From Amoebidium appalachense (lineage: Eukaryota; Protista; Ichthyosporea), in assembly GCA_963693365.1 (NCBI GenBank), contig CAVNZM010000005.1:3058202-3122201 (forward strand): a stretch of 64,000 nt of DNA, read 5' to 3'. Below are positions 60,744 through 64,000 of the stretch, piece after piece. The stretch's first letter is position 1. Each line of letters opens with the position of its first letter. The position numbers were made by a program, and so were the translations under genes. The notes under the pieces were generated by a model that saw only the letters and a program-made list of their open reading frames with translations, was not told the origin of the DNA and ran no database searches.

Positions 60744-61023
60744 GCTGGGACCTGCGTAAGAACGAGACTGCCTTCAACCTCTCTGGTCACACAGATTCAG
60801 TCACCGGGATTGCTCTGAGCCCCGACGGCTCCTTCCTTCTTTCAAATGCAATGGACAACACAGGTGGGTGATGGACAATAGGCATGCAGGGACACACACA
60901 CACGTGTAGAAGTATACATGCACGTTTGCACACGTGTAGAAGCACATATTCACACACACGTGTAGAAGTGCATGTGCACACACGTAGAAGTGCATATGCA
61001 CAAACACGTGTCAGATTGCATAT

Positions 61024-61056
<33 letters not shown>

Positions 61057-61268
61057 TCGAAGTGCATGTGCACACACAGACACAGACATGCAGTGCCCTG
61101 CTCGCGTGCTGGTGGCTCGGCAGTTCTTTGCCCACATTTTCACTTCTGTCACAAGGACCCGTATTTTTCGTTTGGGTGGGTGGTGGTTGGAGGGGGTGGA
61201 AGGGGCGGGGTCTCTTCCACTTTTCTTCCGGATTTTCCTTGCGCCTCCTCCCTCTCCCTTCCCTCCCC

Positions 61269-61307
<39 letters not shown>

Positions 61308-62848
61308 TCCCCCCTCCCCCCCAACCACGGCCCTTCTTCCCTACCCTACCCCACCTGGAACAATCACACCACCTGCTAAACCCCCCCCCCCCCGCCCCCC
61401 CCCTCCCCCCCTCCCCCTATTCCCCTTCCCCAGTGCGTGTTTGGGACGTGCGACCCTACAAGACGGGCAACAGGCAGACCAAGTCGCTGATTGGTGCCCA
61501 GCACAACTTCGAAAAGAGTCTGCTCAGGTGCTCCTGGGCACCCACGGGCAAGCAGGTGTGTGTGTGTGTGTGTGTGTGTGCGTGTGCGTGTGCATGTGCG
61601 TGTGGTGTGTGTGTGGTGTGTTTTTTAGGGGGGGGGGGGGGGCCACATGAAAGTGGATATTCAGTGGCGGCGACGGTTCAGGCTTTGACCTCTTGCCAGG
61701 CTGTATGTGCTCTGCATTGTGTTCTGGCTGGCAAACGTTCAGACATTCTGGGCACCTGTGGTCTTGATTATCCCGGCATGCTTGCACCGAGCCCCCTTTC
61801 TAAATGTTTCGCAAACCTAATATTTCATATACTGCCATACATATTCACCTTTCATTGTTAAGTTAGTCCCAACCCACCCATTGCACACTGCATGTAACTA
61901 CACCCCCACTCACCTAATGCCAACGCACCTATTGTAACTACACCCCCACTCACCTAATGCCAACGCACCTATTGTAACTACACCCCCACTCACCTAATGC
62001 CAACGCACCTATTGTAACTACACCCCCACTCACCTAATGCCAACCCACCCACCCGTTGCGCAGGCGAGTGCCGGCAGTGCCGACCGCATGGTGTATGTGT
62101 GGGACACCACGTCCACCCGCATACTTTACCGTCTGCCTGGCCATGCAGGCACAGTCAACGAGGTGCAGTTCCATCCCCACGAGCCTATCGGTAAGTGTGT
62201 GCGCACACGTGCATGCTCGGATTGTGGTTACATGTGGGTGTATGTATGTGAATTGTTCTTGGGTTTTGTTTCTTTTGCTTCTTTTGATGGCCGACCTATT
62301 TTGTGTCGAATCTCCAGCGCCCTTTTTGGTAGTTTGCAACAGAACAACTAAGACCTCTAGGTCGGAAAGGAGCAAGGAGAAGGCACTAAGCATTGTGTGC
62401 GTTTATGTTGATACTGCATGCAGGCACATCTTCACGCACACACACGTCGCGAAAGGCACATGTGCACACACACGCGGAGAGACTCATGGTATGCACAACA
62501 CCCAGGCTGCATGCACATGCACGAGTACATGCGGATTTTTGCGCACACACACAAGCAAGCATACCCGTCCCTGACATTTATCTGTGATGTGTCGTGGTGG
62601 CAGCATTGTGCAACAAGTGTATGACCAGGGCATGTGGTGACGTGTCAGGGTGGGTGCTGCCGGTCAAGTTTGGGCTGCTTACTGACAATATCCACACCTC
62701 TTCTTCCCTCTCTTTCCCCTACCCCACCCCCCACCCCCCACCTCCGGGGAATCCTCCTGGGCGGCTGTACGTTGACATACATTCACACATGCACACTCAA
62801 ACTGAACAAGAGCATGTACATATGCATGAGCACATGTGTGCGCGCGCG

Positions 62849-62939
<91 letters not shown>

Positions 62940-62968
62940 GCGCAAGCGCGCAAGCGCGCTCACGCATG

Positions 62969-63017
<49 letters not shown>

Positions 63018-63077
63018 ACAGTGTTGTCGTGCGGCAGTGACAGGAGAATCTTCCTCGGGGAGATCCAGCCCCAGTAG
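52870..63077 (+). CDS. SNRNP40: U5 snRNP 40-kDa WD40 protein, 12 exons (52870-53010, 54455-54511, 55441-55513, 56060-56153, 57274-57352, 57935-58018, 58993-59046, 59715-59783, 60743-60863, 61434-61555, 62064-62190, 63022-63077)
   Basis: Diagnostic peptides: [114 protein letters not shown]. All introns are GT-AG and in phase. Confidence 0.97.
60285..60559 (+). mobile_element. interspersed structured intronic repeat, long copy (SNRNP40 intron 8)
   Basis: Near-identical reverse complement at 50808-51099. Core words GTCTGAGTT...GAAACTCAGAC, CCCTGAGGATGGGCTCTGC and GTACTTCGTAC...GCATTCAAA. Confidence 0.8.
61893..62045 (+). repeat. 40-bp minisatellite, ~3.8 copies, just upstream of a 3' splice site
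   Basis: Unit TGTAACTACACCCCCACTCACCTAATGCCAACGCACCTAT; the acceptor AG is at 62062-62063. Confidence 0.95.
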
Positions 63078-63172
63078 TGCAGCCACTACACTTCATATGT
63101 TTCATATTTCGTGCATTTTTTCCTAAACATCCAATCATGTCTCCAGGTTGTGCGTGTTTTTGGTTTGTGTGT

Positions 63173-63217
<45 letters not shown>

Positions 63218-63547
63218 TACGTGTCTGTGTGTGTGTGTTGGGGGGGGAGGGGGAGGGGGGGGGGGTTCATATGCACGTACAAACGAGACACGGCAGATAA
63301 TACGATTCGTGTTAGTAACATGCACTCTATGGTACCTCGCAGTGCCACGATGTTGGCACCAGATTTGTCGCCATATAGAACCAGGAGGAGAACACATGAG
63401 ATCGACTCTGAGATTGAACTTGTGGTGACTGCGTAATGCCGCACTGTACATATGAATGCTCAAATAAAATATGAACACATTTGACCTTGCCACCTTCCTG
63501 TGCTGAAATGTGCACTTGGAATTGACCAACTGTGTTGTTCTCATGCT

Positions 63548-63600
<53 letters not shown>

Positions 63601-63980
63601 TCCCCGGGGGGCATCACCGTCTCTTGTATTGGTTGCTCTCTTTATCCACGGGCTGGGGTCACCATGGACGTGGTTGTACGTTTACATTTGCATGTGCTTA
63701 GTTTCTTTCTTTCTTTTTTCGGGTTAGTGTGGTTTTGTGTGTGTGTGTGTGTGTGTTGGAACTTTAGGGGTGGGGGGGGGGGGGGGGGGGGGGGGGGGGG
63801 GCGTATGTGTGCCTGGTTTCTGTATTATTTTCAGCTGCCACGGGTACAAAGCCAACATGTATCTGTGATGGAAAGTCTTTGCCACCCACTAATTCATCCT
63901 TTCCATGGCCATCCCACTACTTCTGGTTGTTGTTCTCCAGACCCCCCTCCCTCCCCCCCCTCCCCCCCCCCCCCCCCCCC

Positions 63981-64000
63981 CTCCCTGAGGATGGGCTCTG
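63981..64000 (+). mobile_element. same repeat family, copy cut by the window edge
   Basis: CTCCCTGAGGATGGGCTCTG is an exact match to the core of the 60285 copy. Confidence 0.6.

Noticed and set aside
61893-62045. Regular 40-bp repeat as a CRISPR array
   Set aside because: The units are contiguous with no unique spacers, lie in a eukaryotic intron, and have no cas genes nearby.

Overview
Eukaryotic genomic DNA with many short spliceosomal exons separated by introns packed with (CA)n/(GT)n, (CT)n/(GA)n and poly-C/G/A/T tracts. Almost all ORFs in the supplied track are microsatellite noise. Manual splicing recovers four well-supported multi-exon genes: a FAM192A/NIP30 homolog (+), a Myb-like homolog of the p2 subunit of the MTA1c/AMT1 DNA 6mA methyltransferase complex (-), a 19-exon ~846-aa secreted glycoprotein with a Thr-rich stalk (+), and SNRNP40/U5-40K (+). 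There is also an intronless secreted prepro-protein (-), an FHA + double-RING gene (+), and weaker minus-strand gene candidates, including calponin-homology exons. A structured repeat family of up to ~290 nt has about 10 copies or remnants, and every copy inside a gene lies in an intron in the host's sense orientation. Several exons carry single-base frameshifts in homopolymer runs, most likely long-read assembly errors. Gene content suggests a unicellular opisthokont, possibly an ichthyosporean (inference only). All family assignments come from motif recognition, not database searches.
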